Shown here piece by piece: positions 18,517 through 28,458 of a DNA stretch of 32,000 nucleotides (position 1 is its first letter; each line of letters opens with the position of its first letter). The notes under the pieces are model-generated. The model saw only the letters and a program-made list of their open reading frames with translations. It did no database searches and was not told where the DNA came from. This DNA is from Wolbachia endosymbiont of Drosophila innubila (GTDB lineage Bacteria > Pseudomonadota > Alphaproteobacteria > Rickettsiales > Anaplasmataceae), in the NCBI RefSeq assembly GCF_021378375.1, contig NZ_CP076228.1, positions 810,001-842,000 of the forward strand. Direction: 5' to 3'. The position numbers and the translations under genes were made by a program.

Positions 18517-18624
18517 ATCTTTAACCTTCTAATAATAGCTCTAACACTAATACTATATCATTATATTAAAAATCCATTGAAACTAGTAGCACTTTAAGTT
18601 AAGATACATTATTTAATCCCGATA
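18517..18624. promoter_or_regulatory. Divergent intergenic region with a possible sigma70-like promoter for the lysyl-tRNA synthetase gene (TTGAAA-N17-TAAGAT)
   Basis: TTGAAA at 18579..18584, 17-nt spacer, TAAGAT at 18602..18607, start codon at 18625. The virB3-facing strand has -10-like TATAAT (complement of 18562..18567) without a good -35. Confidence 0.35.
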
Positions 18625-20160
18625 ATGACAAATTGGCCATTTCAAGAAGCAGAAAAAATATTGCAAGAGTTTCCTAATAAAAAAGAAATAATATTTGAAA
18701 CTGGTTATGGACCCTCTGGTTTACCCCACATAGGAACCTTTGGAGAGGTTTTCCGCACTACAGTTATTGTAAATGCATTAAAAAAAATAGCTCCTGGTAT
18801 AAAAACCAAAATCATTGCAGTTTCAGATGATATGGATGGTTTGCGAAAAATACCAGATAATGTGCCAAATCAAGAGATGCTAAGAGAGCACTTAAATAAA
18901 CCATTGACTATGATACCTGATCCATTTGGCACTCATCAGAGTTATGGTCATCATATGAATTCATTGTTGTGTAAATTTCTTGATATGTTTGAATTTGAAT
19001 ACGAGTTCAGGAGTGCAACAGAGTGTTATAAATCTGGCGTTTACGATGAAAAACTTTTACTCTTACTGAAAAATTATGATAAAGTGATGGACGTAATGCT
19101 TCCATCATTTCGGGAAGAAAGACAGCAGACTTATAGTCCATTCTTGCCAATATGCCCAAAAACTTCTCAAGTTTTACAAGTTCCAGTAATTGAAACAAAT
19201 ACAGAGAAAGGAACAATCACATATGAAGACCCAAACGGGGAAAAAATAGAAGTTCCAGTGACAAAAGGAAAATGTAAACTGCAATGGAAACCTGATTGGG
19301 GAATGAGGTGGGCCGCATTTGGAGTAAATTACGAAGCTCACGGAAAAGATTTAACTCCATCTGCTGTGCTTTCAAGTCAAATATGTGAAATACTTGGAGA
19401 AAAGCCACCACTTCTGTTTTGCTACGAGCTTTTCCTTGATAAAGAAGGAAAGAAAATATCAAAATCAAAAGGAAATGGCATTTCAATTGAAGAGTGGCTA
19501 ACTTACGCACCAACAGAGAGCTTAGCATTGTACATTTTTCAGAGTCCTAAAAAAGCTAAACGTTTATATTTTGATGTGATACCAAAATCAACTGATGAAT
19601 ATTTAGAATTTGTAAAGCGTTATCATGAGAACAAAGAAAAGGATATAAATAATCCTGCTTGGCACATTCACCAGGGCAATGTTCCCAGTATAGAAACTTC
19701 AGGCATAAATTTCTCACTACTTTTAAACCTAGCAGCAGCTTGTAATGCTGAAAACAAAGAGATCCTATGGGGTTTTATATCCTCTTATGCACCAAACGTT
19801 ACACCAGAAAATAATAAAATGCTTGATAGACTTTCAGACTTTGCAGTAAAGTATTATCACGATTTTATCAAGCCAACAAAATCATATAAAACTCCAAATG
19901 AAAAAGAAAAAGCAGCGTTACTAGATTTGAAGGACACTTTACATTCTCTATCTACAACTGCTACTGCTGAAGAAATTCAATCTCAGGTATTTTCTATTGG
20001 AAAAAAATATGATTACACCAACTTACGTGACTGGTTTCAGCTATTATATGAAACGTTACTTGGCCAAAAAACCGGTCCAAGAATGGGATCTTTCATAAAG
20101 CTTTACGGAATAGGTAATACGATTTCTCTCATAGAAAGCGCTACTAAATGTATACTTTAG
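18625..20160 (+). CDS. lysK: Class I (archaeal-type) lysyl-tRNA synthetase
   Basis: 511 aa. Class I signatures 'GPSGLPHIGTFGEVFR' (HIGH-like) and 'KKISKSKGNGISIEEW' (KMSKS-like), plus 'KCKLQWKPDWGMRWAAFGVNYEAHGKDL'. Confidence 0.95.
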   Translation: MTNWPFQEAEKILQEFPNKKEIIFETGYGPSGLPHIGTFGEVFRTTVIVNALKKIAPGIKTKIIAVSDDMDGLRKIPDNVPNQEMLREHLNKPLTMIPDPFGTHQSYGHHMNSLLCKFLDMFEFEYEFRSATECYKSGVYDEKLLLLLKNYDKVMDVMLPSFREERQQTYSPFLPICPKTSQVLQVPVIETNTEKGTITYEDPNGEKIEVPVTKGKCKLQWKPDWGMRWAAFGVNYEAHGKDLTPSAVLSSQICEILGEKPPLLFCYELFLDKEGKKISKSKGNGISIEEWLTYAPTESLALYIFQSPKKAKRLYFDVIPKSTDEYLEFVKRYHENKEKDINNPAWHIHQGNVPSIETSGINFSLLLNLAAACNAENKEILWGFISSYAPNVTPENNKMLDRLSDFAVKYYHDFIKPTKSYKTPNEKEKAALLDLKDTLHSLSTTATAEEIQSQVFSIGKKYDYTNLRDWFQLLYETLLGQKTGPRMGSFIKLYGIGNTISLIESATKCIL

Positions 20161-20201
20161 AGTTTACCTCCTTTCATTTGAGCTCTTTAGTTTTAATAAG
20201 A

Positions 20202-20690
20202 ATTCCTTGACAAACTCCGCTAGCCCCCTTATCATGAAACTGAAGCTATTGTATTTGCTTTCGCCAATCTGCAGATTAAAAGGTAAGGATTACTTAATGT
20301 ATCGGCGTCTTATGTTCAATTTTTTGCAGTATATAGATACTGTATGTCTTTACAAAACTTCATCTACATCTAGATTTTTATCTAAATAAGCTGAACGCGC
20401 TTATAAAGCGTTACAAGACATCAAAAAATGCCAATACTCGACAGAGATAGTAAAAGACTAGCTAACTCGGGGATTCTTTGTCTTTTTTTCTGCTTAGTAA
20501 ACTTCTTAAACATTTGCAGCGTAAGTTAGTTGCAATTAAAAGCAGCTTAATCTTGCTTGTCAAGCGTTTAAAACATAAAAAACGCCAATATTTTAAAGCG
20601 GATAATAACCACGGGGCTTCTTTTGCCTTTTTTTTCATTTGGTAAATTTCTTAATGTTTGTGGCTGAACGACAACCGTCATCCCGCTACT
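20202..20690 (+). repeat. Copy B of the dispersed repeat (inverted relative to copies A and C)
   Basis: From 'cttgacaaactccgc...' to '...catttggtaaatttcttaatg' this is the near-identical reverse complement of about 27780..28257. Similarity continues into adjacent palindromic repeats to about 20760. Confidence 0.93.
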
Positions 20691-21110
20691 TGTTAGCGGG
20701 ATCTCTTGTTAGCGGCTGAGATACCGCGAATGAATCGCGGTATGACGGTTCGCGGCGGCATGAGAAGATAAGGTTTATACCTTGTCATCCCAGTGCTTGA
20801 CACTGGGATCCAGCTTTCTTTATAAATTCACCAAAAGTGCTTCATTCTATAACGCAAAACCCATACTCACCAAATCCAATGCATTACTTGCAATTAAGTT
20901 TCCTGGATCCCAGTGTCTGGGCACTGGGATGACACCATCATAAAGGAATCAGTGTCAGCTACTTTCATGACACCATTCTTTTTCCTGGATCCAAGTAGTC
21001 GAGCTACTTGGATGACAGCTAGCCTGACAACCGTCATCCCGCTACCTGTTAGCGGGATCTATGCTAAGAGATACCGCGAATGAATCGCGGTATGACGGTG
21101 TAGACGATGG
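20691..21110. repeat. Cluster of short palindromic elements between lysK and alaS
   Basis: Hairpins: ataccgcg-aatgaat-cgcggtat (20721..20743 and 21071..21093), atcccagtg-cttga-cactgggat (20787..20809), atcccagtg-tctggg-cactgggat (20907..20930), atccaagtag-tcgag-ctacttggat (20989..21013). Confidence 0.9.
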
Positions 21111-23744
21111 TTAAGTATCCCGCTGCTTGTTAGCGCCGCGGCGGTATGACGGTTCGTGGTGGTATGACGTAGAGTGCTTAGAAGCTGTTATTTTGCTATA
21201 AATGGCTGTAATGGCATCATCTATTTTATTGCTATCACAGCCTGTTTGTGCAAGTTCAGCATTCCCACCACAGTTCTTTTTAACTGCTATGGATATTAGT
21301 TCTTTTGCGCTAATCTTATTGATTAAGTCTTTACTTACTTTAATAATCAAGACTGTTTTATCTTTTTCTGTTGCCGTAAAAGCTATTACCGTTTTTGGTT
21401 TTTGTTGCTGCAAAACAAACTCTCTTATTACATTTGCTGGAATATCAGTGAAAGTGTGGCTTATAAAATTTATTCCATTTATTTCGGTGCTTTTTATATT
21501 CTCTGCACTCACAAGCTTTTTATATAGGTTTTTTATTTTGGTTTCGGATTTTTTGTGTTCTTGACTTAAAATACTTAATCTGCTTGTTATTTCACTCACT
21601 GGCGCTTTTACGAATTCTGCAACTTTTTTTAAGTTAATTTCATTATCACGTACATAATTGATTGCTTCCTGACCAGTTAAAGCTTCAATTCTCCTCACTC
21701 CAAAAGCAACAGAACTCTCTGTTACTATCTTAAACAAACCAATTTCTCCAGTATGTTCAACGTGTGTGCCACCACACAGTTCCCTTGAATCTCCAATCTT
21801 CACTACTCTTACTTGGTTGCCATATTTTTCACCGAATAACGCCATAGCTCCTTCGTCTATTGCCTGATTCATGCTTTGAATTTTTGTAGATGCGGAAAGA
21901 TTTTCTCTGATTAGAGAGTTTACCATATCCTCTACCCAAAACAACTGATCTTGAGTCATTTGAGTGTTATGGCTGAAGTCGAATCTCAGTCTATCTGGTG
22001 CAACTAGGGAACCTTTTTGAGTGACATGATCACCTAGAATTTTTCTGAGTGTAAAGTGCAGAAGATGTGTAGCTGAATGATTTCTTCTTAAGGTTTGCCT
22101 TCTTTCCTTGTCAATGCTTGCTGCAACTGTGTTACCTTTACAAATTGAACCGAACTTAACTATGCATCTGTGCAAATATAGGTCATTAACCTTATTGGTA
22201 TTCTCGACTATAATAATACTTCTATCAGATTTGATCAGACTGCCAGTATCTCCCACTTGTCCACCTGACTCGCCATAAAAAGGTGTTTTATCAAGTATAA
22301 TGGTTATCTTTTCTCCCTCCTTTGCAGAATCAATTACTTCATTTTTAGAGGAAACTATAGCTAGTATTTTCGCATCACTTACTTCATTGAACTCATAACC
22401 AACAAATTTTGTTTTGCCAAATTTATTGATCAAATCAAACCATACTTGCTCAACAGATTTTTCACCAGATCCAGCCCATTTAGCACGTGCTCTCTCTTTT
22501 TGTTCTCCCATTGCATCATCAAAACCCTTCTGGTCAAAATTTATTTTTTTCTCTTTTAAAATATCAAGTGTAATATCCAAAGGAAATCCGTAGGTGTCAT
22601 ATAGCTTAAACGCTGATTCTCCAGGCAAAGTATCGCCCGATTTTAAATCTGTAGTGAATTTCTCCAGGAGATTGATACCTTTCATCAAAGTGTCTTTAAA
22701 GTTTTCTTCCTCTGATTTTAACGTCGTTTCTATTAAGCTTTTAGCTCTGACTAATTCAGCTCCCATATAAGCCGAACTCGTGCTATCTATCAACACTGGA
22801 AAAATACGATGGAGTAGGGAATCATTATATCCAAGCAGGTGAATATAACGTGTGGCTCTCCTAATTAATCTGCGTAATACGTAATTCCTGCCCTCATTTC
22901 CAGGAAGCACTCCTTCTGCGATGAGAAATGCAGCCGCGCGAAGATGATCTGCTATGATCTTATGCGCTATTTTATTTTCCGTTCTTCCACAGTACTCTTG
23001 TGATTTACTTATCAGAGCAGAAAATAGATCAATATCATAGTTATCATGGACGTTTTGCATAACAGCCGCTATTCTTTCAAGGCCCATTCCAGTATCGATG
23101 CATTTTTTTGGCAATTTGTGTAAATTACCTTCTTCATCTTTGTTAAACTCCATGAATACCAGATTCCAGATTTCAACAATTCTATCGCCCTCTTGTAAAT
23201 TAGGACTCCCATGGTCATAAAAAATTTCAGAACATGGACCGCACGGACCAGTGCTTCCCATACTCCAAAAGTTATCATCCGTTGTAATTCTTATGATTTT
23301 ATCACTTGAAAAGCCACTTATCTTACGCCAAATCTCGTACGCCTCATCATCAGTATGGTAGACGGTTATGGATAGTCTGTTTTTATCAAGAGATAACTCT
23401 TTAGTGATAAATTCCCACGCAAATTCTATCGCAGTTTCCTTAAAGTAATCACCGAAGCTAAAATTTCCGAGCATTTCAAAAAATGTGTGATGCCGAGTTG
23501 TATAGCCAACATTTTCCAGATCATTGTGTTTACCGCCTGCTCTTAGGCACTTTTGACTTGAGACAGCACGTTTCATTTCAGTTTTTTGAGCACCAGTAAA
23601 AATATTTTTAAACTGCACCATACCAGCATTTGTGAACATGAGCGTTGGGTCATGTTCTGGAATCAAAGGAGAAGAAGAAACCTGCTCGTGGTCATTATTT
23701 ACAAAAAATTTTATAAATCTTTCTCTGATTTCGTTTAGCTTCAT
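21111..23744 (-). CDS. alaS: Alanyl-tRNA synthetase
   Basis: 877 aa. '[51 protein letters not shown]', '[18 protein letters not shown]', '[17 protein letters not shown]', C-terminal '[10 protein letters not shown]'. Confidence 0.97.
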   Translation of the reverse strand: MKLNEIRERFIKFFVNNDHEQVSSSPLIPEHDPTLMFTNAGMVQFKNIFTGAQKTEMKRAVSSQKCLRAGGKHNDLENVGYTTRHHTFFEMLGNFSFGDYFKETAIEFAWEFITKELSLDKNRLSITVYHTDDEAYEIWRKISGFSSDKIIRITTDDNFWSMGSTGPCGPCSEIFYDHGSPNLQEGDRIVEIWNLVFMEFNKDEEGNLHKLPKKCIDTGMGLERIAAVMQNVHDNYDIDLFSALISKSQEYCGRTENKIAHKIIADHLRAAAFLIAEGVLPGNEGRNYVLRRLIRRATRYIHLLGYNDSLLHRIFPVLIDSTSSAYMGAELVRAKSLIETTLKSEEENFKDTLMKGINLLEKFTTDLKSGDTLPGESAFKLYDTYGFPLDITLDILKEKKINFDQKGFDDAMGEQKERARAKWAGSGEKSVEQVWFDLINKFGKTKFVGYEFNEVSDAKILAIVSSKNEVIDSAKEGEKITIILDKTPFYGESGGQVGDTGSLIKSDRSIIIVENTNKVNDLYLHRCIVKFGSICKGNTVAASIDKERRQTLRRNHSATHLLHFTLRKILGDHVTQKGSLVAPDRLRFDFSHNTQMTQDQLFWVEDMVNSLIRENLSASTKIQSMNQAIDEGAMALFGEKYGNQVRVVKIGDSRELCGGTHVEHTGEIGLFKIVTESSVAFGVRRIEALTGQEAINYVRDNEINLKKVAEFVKAPVSEITSRLSILSQEHKKSETKIKNLYKKLVSAENIKSTEINGINFISHTFTDIPANVIREFVLQQQKPKTVIAFTATEKDKTVLIIKVSKDLINKISAKELISIAVKKNCGGNAELAQTGCDSNKIDDAITAIYSKITASKHSTSYHHEPSYRRGANKQRDT

Positions 23745-23897
23745 CGTTTTTATTGAGGTTATCTATAAATAATAAGTTGTAATGGAAATAAAATCAATAC
23801 CACTCTCTAGATCTCAGAACTTCTAGTGACATGCACCTTGTGGTAAGAAAAAATCAATATATTCACGATAAATTTACCTCATATCTGTGTTTTATAT

Positions 23898-24353
23898 GTG
23901 GAAATTGGAATGGAAATTTATGTAGGCAAAGAAAAAAGAATAGCAAATGTGGTGACTCAACACTGGAATGACATAAAAAGATCAGACAGAGATTGGCCAG
24001 AAAGGCATGAAATAGACACTGCAGAAATAATGGAATCATGGCAGCATTGTTTTGTCATTGAAGTCAAGGATCAAGGTTATATTTGTGAAAATGCAGGAGA
24101 AAAGGCTGTTGAATTCTATGGTTTTGAGAAAAAGACGCGCATTGATAATAAGTATGCAATTGATGCACCATTTTTGCGACTATATAAAATAGATGCAGTT
24201 ATTGATAAACTTGATACTGTAATAGAGAGTAAATGCCCGATCAATGAAGAGGAAGAAAGTGAAAGTGTTAAAATGAGGCAAGTATTGTTGCCACTTGGGA
24301 ATAAAGAAGGTATAACACACATATTGGGCGTAATTACTTTTAAACTCCTTTAA
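23898..24353 (+). CDS. Hypothetical protein, possibly a PAS_5-like family member
   Basis: 151 aa. 'VTQHWNDIKRSDRDWPERHEIDTAEIMESWQHCFVIEV...GYICENAGEKAVEFYG' resembles the alphaproteobacterial PAS_5 pattern. Assignment from memory only. Confidence 0.6.
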   Translation: MEIGMEIYVGKEKRIANVVTQHWNDIKRSDRDWPERHEIDTAEIMESWQHCFVIEVKDQGYICENAGEKAVEFYGFEKKTRIDNKYAIDAPFLRLYKIDAVIDKLDTVIESKCPINEEEESESVKMRQVLLPLGNKEGITHILGVITFKLL

Positions 24354-24451
24354 TATACAATTTTAATTTGATTCTTTAATAAAATTATTTATACTAATGC
24401 TTAATTACTATTAAAGAACTCAATAGTAGTGCTTGTAAATTTATTTGGAAT

Positions 24452-24658
24452 ATGAAGAAAATAAAATTAAAAACCAAATCTTCTGTGAAAAAGCGCTTTC
24501 ACCTTACAGCTAAGGGTAAAGTTATTTCTACTCAGTCAGGCAAAAGGCATGGCATGGTAAAGAGAAGTAAATCTAATATTCGTAATCAGCGCGGTACAAC
24601 GATTCTTGGTAAATCTGACTCGCGTATAGTTAAGCTTCATATGCCTTACGGTATTTAA
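24452..24658 (+). CDS. rpmI: 50S ribosomal protein L35
   Basis: 68 aa '[44 protein letters not shown]'. Confidence 0.95.
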   Translation: MKKIKLKTKSSVKKRFHLTAKGKVISTQSGKRHGMVKRSKSNIRNQRGTTILGKSDSRIVKLHMPYGI

Positions 24659-24678
24659 CAAAATGGAGGTAAAATAAA

Positions 24679-25044
24679 ATGGCTCGGGTAAAACGTGGAG
24701 TCACTACTCACGCTCGTCATAAAAAAATATTGAAACTGGCAAAGGGTTATAGAGGGCGTGCAAAAAGCTGTTATAGAATTGCATTACAAAGAGTTGAAAA
24801 AGCACTGCAATATGCTTACAGAGACAGAAGAACCCGTAAACGTGATTTCCGTAGCTTATGGATAATACGTATTAATGCAGCAGCAAGAGAGCATGGGCTT
24901 ACTTATGGTAGGTTTATGCATGGTCTTACACTTGCCGGCATTGATTTAAATAGAAAAATTCTTGCTGAGATGGCAGTTAATTATAAGGATGATTTTGCCA
25001 AATTAGTAGAAACTGTAAGTGGTAAATTAGCGGAGAATTCTTAA
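24679..25044 (+). CDS. rplT: 50S ribosomal protein L20
   Basis: '[83 protein letters not shown]'. Confidence 0.97.
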   Translation: MARVKRGVTTHARHKKILKLAKGYRGRAKSCYRIALQRVEKALQYAYRDRRTRKRDFRSLWIIRINAAAREHGLTYGRFMHGLTLAGIDLNRKILAEMAVNYKDDFAKLVETVSGKLAENS

Positions 25045-25056
25045 AGCAAAAACACC

Positions 25057-25956
25057 ATGAGAATTATTTTCATGGGATCACCAGGATTTGCTGTTAATTC
25101 TCTGAGCTTGTTACTGAAATCAAAGAGCGAAGTGGTGGTAGTATACACCAAGGCTCCAAAACCTTCGGGGCGTGGACAGAAGCCAACGAAATCTCCAGTA
25201 CATGTTATCGCTGAAGAAAGTAACATAGAGGTATGTACTCCTATCTCTCTAAAGTTCTCGGCAGAGCAAGAAAAATTTAGAAATTTCAAGCCAGACGTTG
25301 CGGTTGTTGCCGCGTATGGATTGATACTTCCAAGAGAAATTTTGAATATTCCTAAATATGGTTGTATTAATATTCATCCTTCATTACTACCAAGGTGGCG
25401 TGGTGCAGCCCCGATACAGCACACAATTTTAGCAGGAGATCAAGAAACCGGGGTTAGCATTATGCAATTGGATGAAGGATTAGATTCCGGCACTATTTTA
25501 AAACAGGAAAAATTTCTTATCGAAAAGAACGATAATTACAAGACATTGCATGATAAATTATCTAAGCTAGGCAGTGATTTACTGCTGAAAGTGCTAAACG
25601 AAATTGAAAAACAGCTTCCCTTAAAACAGAACGATAACGATGCATGTTACGCTGACAAAGTGGAAGACTATAAAATTTATGCAAGTGATGCTTGTGAAGT
25701 TGCTTATAGAAAAGTTAAAGCGTTTTACCCAAAAGCATTCATTAAGATAGAAAATAAACGTATCAGGATACTTGATGCTGACTTTGAAGCTCTCGCTTCA
25801 GAACAAGGTAAGATTGTTAACGATAATATGCACATAAGTTTAAAAGGTGGCACTTTAATTCCTAAAGTTGTACAAATGGAAGGGAGAAATCCTTGCAGTA
25901 TTGAAGATTTTATTCGTGGCTTGAAATCAAGCATGGTAAAAAAATTTATAGAATAG
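25057..25956 (+). CDS. fmt: Methionyl-tRNA formyltransferase
   Basis: '[19 protein letters not shown]', '[20 protein letters not shown]', '[43 protein letters not shown]'. Confidence 0.95.
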   Translation: MRIIFMGSPGFAVNSLSLLLKSKSEVVVVYTKAPKPSGRGQKPTKSPVHVIAEESNIEVCTPISLKFSAEQEKFRNFKPDVAVVAAYGLILPREILNIPKYGCINIHPSLLPRWRGAAPIQHTILAGDQETGVSIMQLDEGLDSGTILKQEKFLIEKNDNYKTLHDKLSKLGSDLLLKVLNEIEKQLPLKQNDNDACYADKVEDYKIYASDACEVAYRKVKAFYPKAFIKIENKRIRILDADFEALASEQGKIVNDNMHISLKGGTLIPKVVQMEGRNPCSIEDFIRGLKSSMVKKFIE

Positions 25957-26036
25957 GCTGCTTTAAATTAGTGTAGAAATGTAATAGCTAAATTTCCTTT
26001 TCTTAGATATAATCTTAAAAAACTTTCCATATAAAA

Positions 26037-27548
26037 ATGAAAATAAAAAGAGCTTTAATATCAGTATACGATAAAACGAATATAATTGATCTTGCATCGT
26101 TTTTAACGCAGCAACAAATAGAAATTCTTTCAACGGGCAATACTTATAAAGTGCTATCTAGTGCAGGAATAAAAACACAAGAGGTCTCAGATTACACACA
26201 ATTTCCAGAGATACTGGGTGGTAGAGTAAAAACTTTACACCCCAAAATTCATGGAGGCATACTTTGCAATAGAGAAAAACACAAAACGGAAATACAAAAT
26301 CTAGGTATTGAGCCAATAGAACTGCTTATAACTAACCTATACCCATTTTGGGAGACAGTAAGTAGCGGCTCAAATGAAGAGCAAATTATAGAACAAATTG
26401 ATATCGGCGGAGTGGCGTTAATTAGAGCTGCAGCAAAAAACTTTCGTTTTACTTCAGTTATTTCTAGCATTCAAGACTATGAAGCACTGAAAGCTGAGAT
26501 GATAGAAAATAACAATAAAACAACATTGGAATATAGAAAACACTTAGCAACCAAAGCATTTGCTCTCACTGCACACTACGATTCTAATATTCACAGTTGG
26601 TTTTTATCCCAGAGTAAAAATAATGAGTTACCAGAGTTTTTTGCTCTATACGGGCATAAAGTACAAGAACTCAGGTATGGTGAAAATCCCCATCAAAAAG
26701 CTGCATTTTATAGTAATCAATTTACAGAATATCCGTTGGAAAAACTACATGGAAAAGAGTTGAGTTATAATAATATAGTAGATATAGAATCCGCACTTAA
26801 CATAACTTCTGAATTCGAAGAACCTGCAGCAGTGATAATCAAGCATAATAACCCATGTGGCGCTGCTATTGGTAATAATGCTTTGGAGGCATATGAAAAA
26901 GCTCTATCGTGCGATGAAGTAAGCAGTTTTGGTGGTATAGTTGCCTTAAACCGGGAGATAGATTTAAAGCTAGCAGAAAAATTAAACGAGATATTTTTGG
27001 AAGTAGTGATAGCACCATCGGTAAACAATGAGGCACTAAAAATTTTACAAAGAAAGAAAAATTTAAGAGTGATTATTCATAAATCTTTTCAACAAAATGT
27101 GAAATACCAAACTAAAAATGTTGTTGGTGGGTTTTTGGTGCAAGAAAATAATGACCACACAATAAAAGCAGAACAAGTAACAGAATGCACTGCAACAGAC
27201 AAAGAAAAAAAAGATCTTATTTTTGCCTGGAAAATATGTAAGCATGTGAAATCCAACGCAATAGTTATAGCAAAAGATGGTTGTGCTATTGGCATCGGTG
27301 CAGGGCAAACAAGCAGAATAGATAGTGTGAACATTGCAGTGAAAAAAGCAGGTGAAAAATGTAAAGGTGCAGTGCTTGCTTCAGATGCATTTTTTCCATT
27401 CCCAGATAGCATAGTAGAAAGTGCAAAACATGAGATTACAGCTATAATTCAGCCCGGCGGCTCGCTGAAAGATCAAGATGTGATAAAAGCTGCAAATGAA
27501 AATAAAATTGCTATGTTTTTCACTGGCGTTCGCAGTTTTTTCCATTAG
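26037..27548 (+). CDS. purH: Bifunctional AICAR formyltransferase / IMP cyclohydrolase
   Basis: 'KIKRALISVYDKTNIIDLASFL', 'GGRVKTLHPKIHGGIL', 'ELRYGENPHQKAAFY', 'VIIKHNNPCGAAIG', 'AIIQPGGSLKDQDVIKAANE'. Confidence 0.97.
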   Translation: MKIKRALISVYDKTNIIDLASFLTQQQIEILSTGNTYKVLSSAGIKTQEVSDYTQFPEILGGRVKTLHPKIHGGILCNREKHKTEIQNLGIEPIELLITNLYPFWETVSSGSNEEQIIEQIDIGGVALIRAAAKNFRFTSVISSIQDYEALKAEMIENNNKTTLEYRKHLATKAFALTAHYDSNIHSWFLSQSKNNELPEFFALYGHKVQELRYGENPHQKAAFYSNQFTEYPLEKLHGKELSYNNIVDIESALNITSEFEEPAAVIIKHNNPCGAAIGNNALEAYEKALSCDEVSSFGGIVALNREIDLKLAEKLNEIFLEVVIAPSVNNEALKILQRKKNLRVIIHKSFQQNVKYQTKNVVGGFLVQENNDHTIKAEQVTECTATDKEKKDLIFAWKICKHVKSNAIVIAKDGCAIGIGAGQTSRIDSVNIAVKKAGEKCKGAVLASDAFFPFPDSIVESAKHEITAIIQPGGSLKDQDVIKAANENKIAMFFTGVRSFFH

Positions 27549-27779
27549 GCTTTGTGTCTTATCGTCATACCGCCACAAACCGTCATACCGCGATTCATTC
27601 GCGGTATCTCTCAACATAGATCCCGCTAGCGGGATGACAAATATACCGCCGCGGCGCTAACAAGAGATCCCGCTAACACGTAGCGGGATGACGAGCTTAT
27701 CGTGCTGCCACGAACCGTCATGCCTCTGCGAACCGTCATACCGCGATTCATTCGCGGTATCTCAGCCGCTAACAAGCAG
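27549..27779. repeat. Cluster of short palindromic elements downstream of purH
   Basis: ataccgcg-attcatt-cgcggtat hairpins at 27585..27607 and 27738..27760, interspersed with 'atcccgctagcgggatgac' type palindromes. Reverse-complement relatives of the cluster at 20691..21110. Confidence 0.88.
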
Positions 27780-28277
27780 CGGGATGACGGTTGTCGTTTA
27801 GCCATAAATATTAAGAAATTTACCAAATGAAAAAAAGGCAAAAGAAGCCCTGGGGTTATTATCCGCTTTAAAATATTGGCGTTTTTTATGTTTTAAACGC
27901 TTGACAAGCAAGATTAAGCTGCTTTTAATTGCAACTAACTTACGCTGCAAATGTTTAAGAAGTTTACTAAGCAGAAAAAAAGACAAAGAATCCCCGAGTT
28001 AGCTAGTCTTTTACTATCTCTGTCGAGTATTGGCATTTTTTGATGTCTTGTAACGCTTTATAAGCGCGTTCAGCTTATTTAGATAAAAATCTAGATGTAG
28101 ATGAAGTTTTGTAAAGACATACAGTATCTATACACTGCAAAAAATTGAACATAAGACGCCGATACATTAAGTAATCCTTACCTTTTAATCTGCAGATTGG
28201 CGAAAGCAAATACAATAGCTTCACTATCATGATAAGGGCGCTGGCGGAGTTTGTCAAGTAAGTTTTTTTGTTTCTAT
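27780..28277 (-). repeat. Copy C of the dispersed repeat
   Basis: 28017..28277 matches 1..261 directly. The full span matches copy B in inverted orientation. Right end is shared with copy A through 'agtttttt(t)gtttctat'. Confidence 0.93.
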
Positions 28278-28353
28278 GGGTCAGTTGGACTTAAAGTCTA
28301 CACAAAAAACGTTTACAACCAACGTTCAACATGGTAAATTAAAAACGGTTTAT

Positions 28354-28425
28354 TCCTCGGTAGCTCAGTGGTAGAGCAGTTGGCTGTTAACCAATTGGTC
28401 GCTGGTTCGAATCCGGCCCGGGGAG
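28354..28425 (+). tRNA. tRNA-Asn (anticodon GTT)
   Basis: Full 72-nt cloverleaf: acceptor TCCTCGG/CCGGGGA, D stem GCTC/GAGC, anticodon arm GTTGG-CTGTTAA-CCAAT, T arm GCTGG-TTCGAAT-CCGGC, discriminator G. Confidence 0.96.
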
Positions 28426-28458
28426 CTCTTCTCTGTGAAATTCTAGTGTTGATTTTAT

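Noticed and set aside
20691-21110. Possible CRISPR array
   Set aside because: Repeats are palindromic elements of several classes with irregular spacing and opposite orientations, not a uniform repeat-spacer ladder, and no cas genes are nearby.
27089-27412. Antisense ORF (107 aa) within purH
   Set aside because: Entirely antisense to conserved PurH sequence; no independent evidence.
27626-27986. Minus-strand ORFs (71 aa and 62 aa) downstream of purH
   Set aside because: They translate palindromic and dispersed repeat DNA; no homology or conserved start, so listed as repeats instead.
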